Source: Lama glama (Eukaryota). From it: DNA of 64,000 nt. This document shows positions 63,276-64,000 of this stretch, in pieces. How positions within the stretch are numbered: position 1 is the first letter of the stretch; each line of letters starts with the position of its first letter. The translations under genes and the position numbers were made by a program. The stretch spans positions 21,020,001 through 21,084,000 of the forward strand of contig CM052818.1 in NCBI GenBank assembly GCA_028534125.1, read 5' to 3'. Under the pieces are notes generated by a model. That model had not been told where the DNA came from. It ran no database searches and was given only the letters and a program-made list of their open reading frames with translations.

Positions 63276-63869
63276 TAAGGGAGGAGAAGGAAGAAAGGCA
63301 ATGAGGAAAGAGGAACCAGGGCTTTTCAGGGGACTGGGCAGGGGAGAGGAGGTCACCAGCTTCACAGTGAGGAATGAACCTCCCAATCAGCAGGACCAGC
63401 TTTGTAACTACAACCCGTCTTTGAGAGAGGCCTCTCTGCATCCGAGCAAGAATTAACCCCCAAGTGGGGAGAGGAGGACAAGGAGGAGGGAGCCTGAGGA
63501 TTCCAGCGTCAGCTTATCACTCCAAATGGTGCCTCCAGCAACATCTCCTCTCCCTGGCATTGCCTTCCAGAATTTGGCAGAAGAAAACCCTCAGAAGCTC
63601 TTTGCACGAGCACAACTCATTTCTCTCTTGAGCAGGTCAAGTGGGAGCTGTCTGCTCTAAGGTCTGCTTGGAAGAGAGTCAGAACAGCGCTCCCAGGCGC
63701 TCCCACCAGCCTCTCTCTGATGCTGGCTTACTCTTCTGGCATAAGTACTGGCTCCTAAAACACACACCCCACTGGTATAAGTAACAAATAAAGTCTCAAG
63801 CAGCCACGAACCCCCCAGCAGGGTAGTGGTGAGAAAACAGCAGCTTCTAAGGGAAAGGATACTGGTATT

Positions 63870-63970
63870 TGGGATCAGGAGACAGATTCAAATCCTACTT
63901 TTTCTGAGTTGCCTGATGTGGGGCAGACCACTTAACCTGTTTGAGAGATAGGAATGTATTTCCTTCATCC
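63870..63970 (+). mobile_element. MIR SINE fragment
   Basis: GATCAGGAGACAGATTCAAATCCTACTTTT...GGGCAGACCACTTAACCT. Confidence 0.5.
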
Positions 63971-64000
63971 AGAGAGAACATCACAGGCTGATGTGAAGGT

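Noticed and set aside
1..64000. A novel multi-gene system, CRISPR array, tRNA or rRNA gene
   Set aside because: This is repeat-rich mammalian non-coding DNA. I found no operon-like ORFs, repeat-spacer arrays or structured RNA genes.

Overview
Mammalian genomic DNA, probably a camelid (inferred from cetartiodactyl/camelid-type L1 3' ends and no recognisable Alu, Bov-tA/BovB or PRE-1 SINEs). It is intergenic or intronic, with two assembly gaps (9191-9690, 56001-56100), and I can support no intact protein-coding gene. Most of the window is interspersed repeats: young L1 3' ends with target-site duplications, old L1M, L2 and MIR, MaLR and MER21 LTRs, and Tigger and hAT DNA transposons. The best hidden feature, missed by the ORF track, is a 5'-truncated, disabled retrocopy of CYP26A1 (last-exon CDS with the heme motif, 3'UTR and poly-A) on the minus strand at about 17918-18435. 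Other points of note are a ~1.9 kb CpG island with no recognisable gene (about 49980-51860), repeat-poor putative regulatory blocks (about 30450-31800 and 55480-56300), an L1 with a probable short 3' transduction, and an internally deleted L1. I found no evidence for a novel multi-gene system. Repeat and gene names come from recalled consensus sequences, not database searches.
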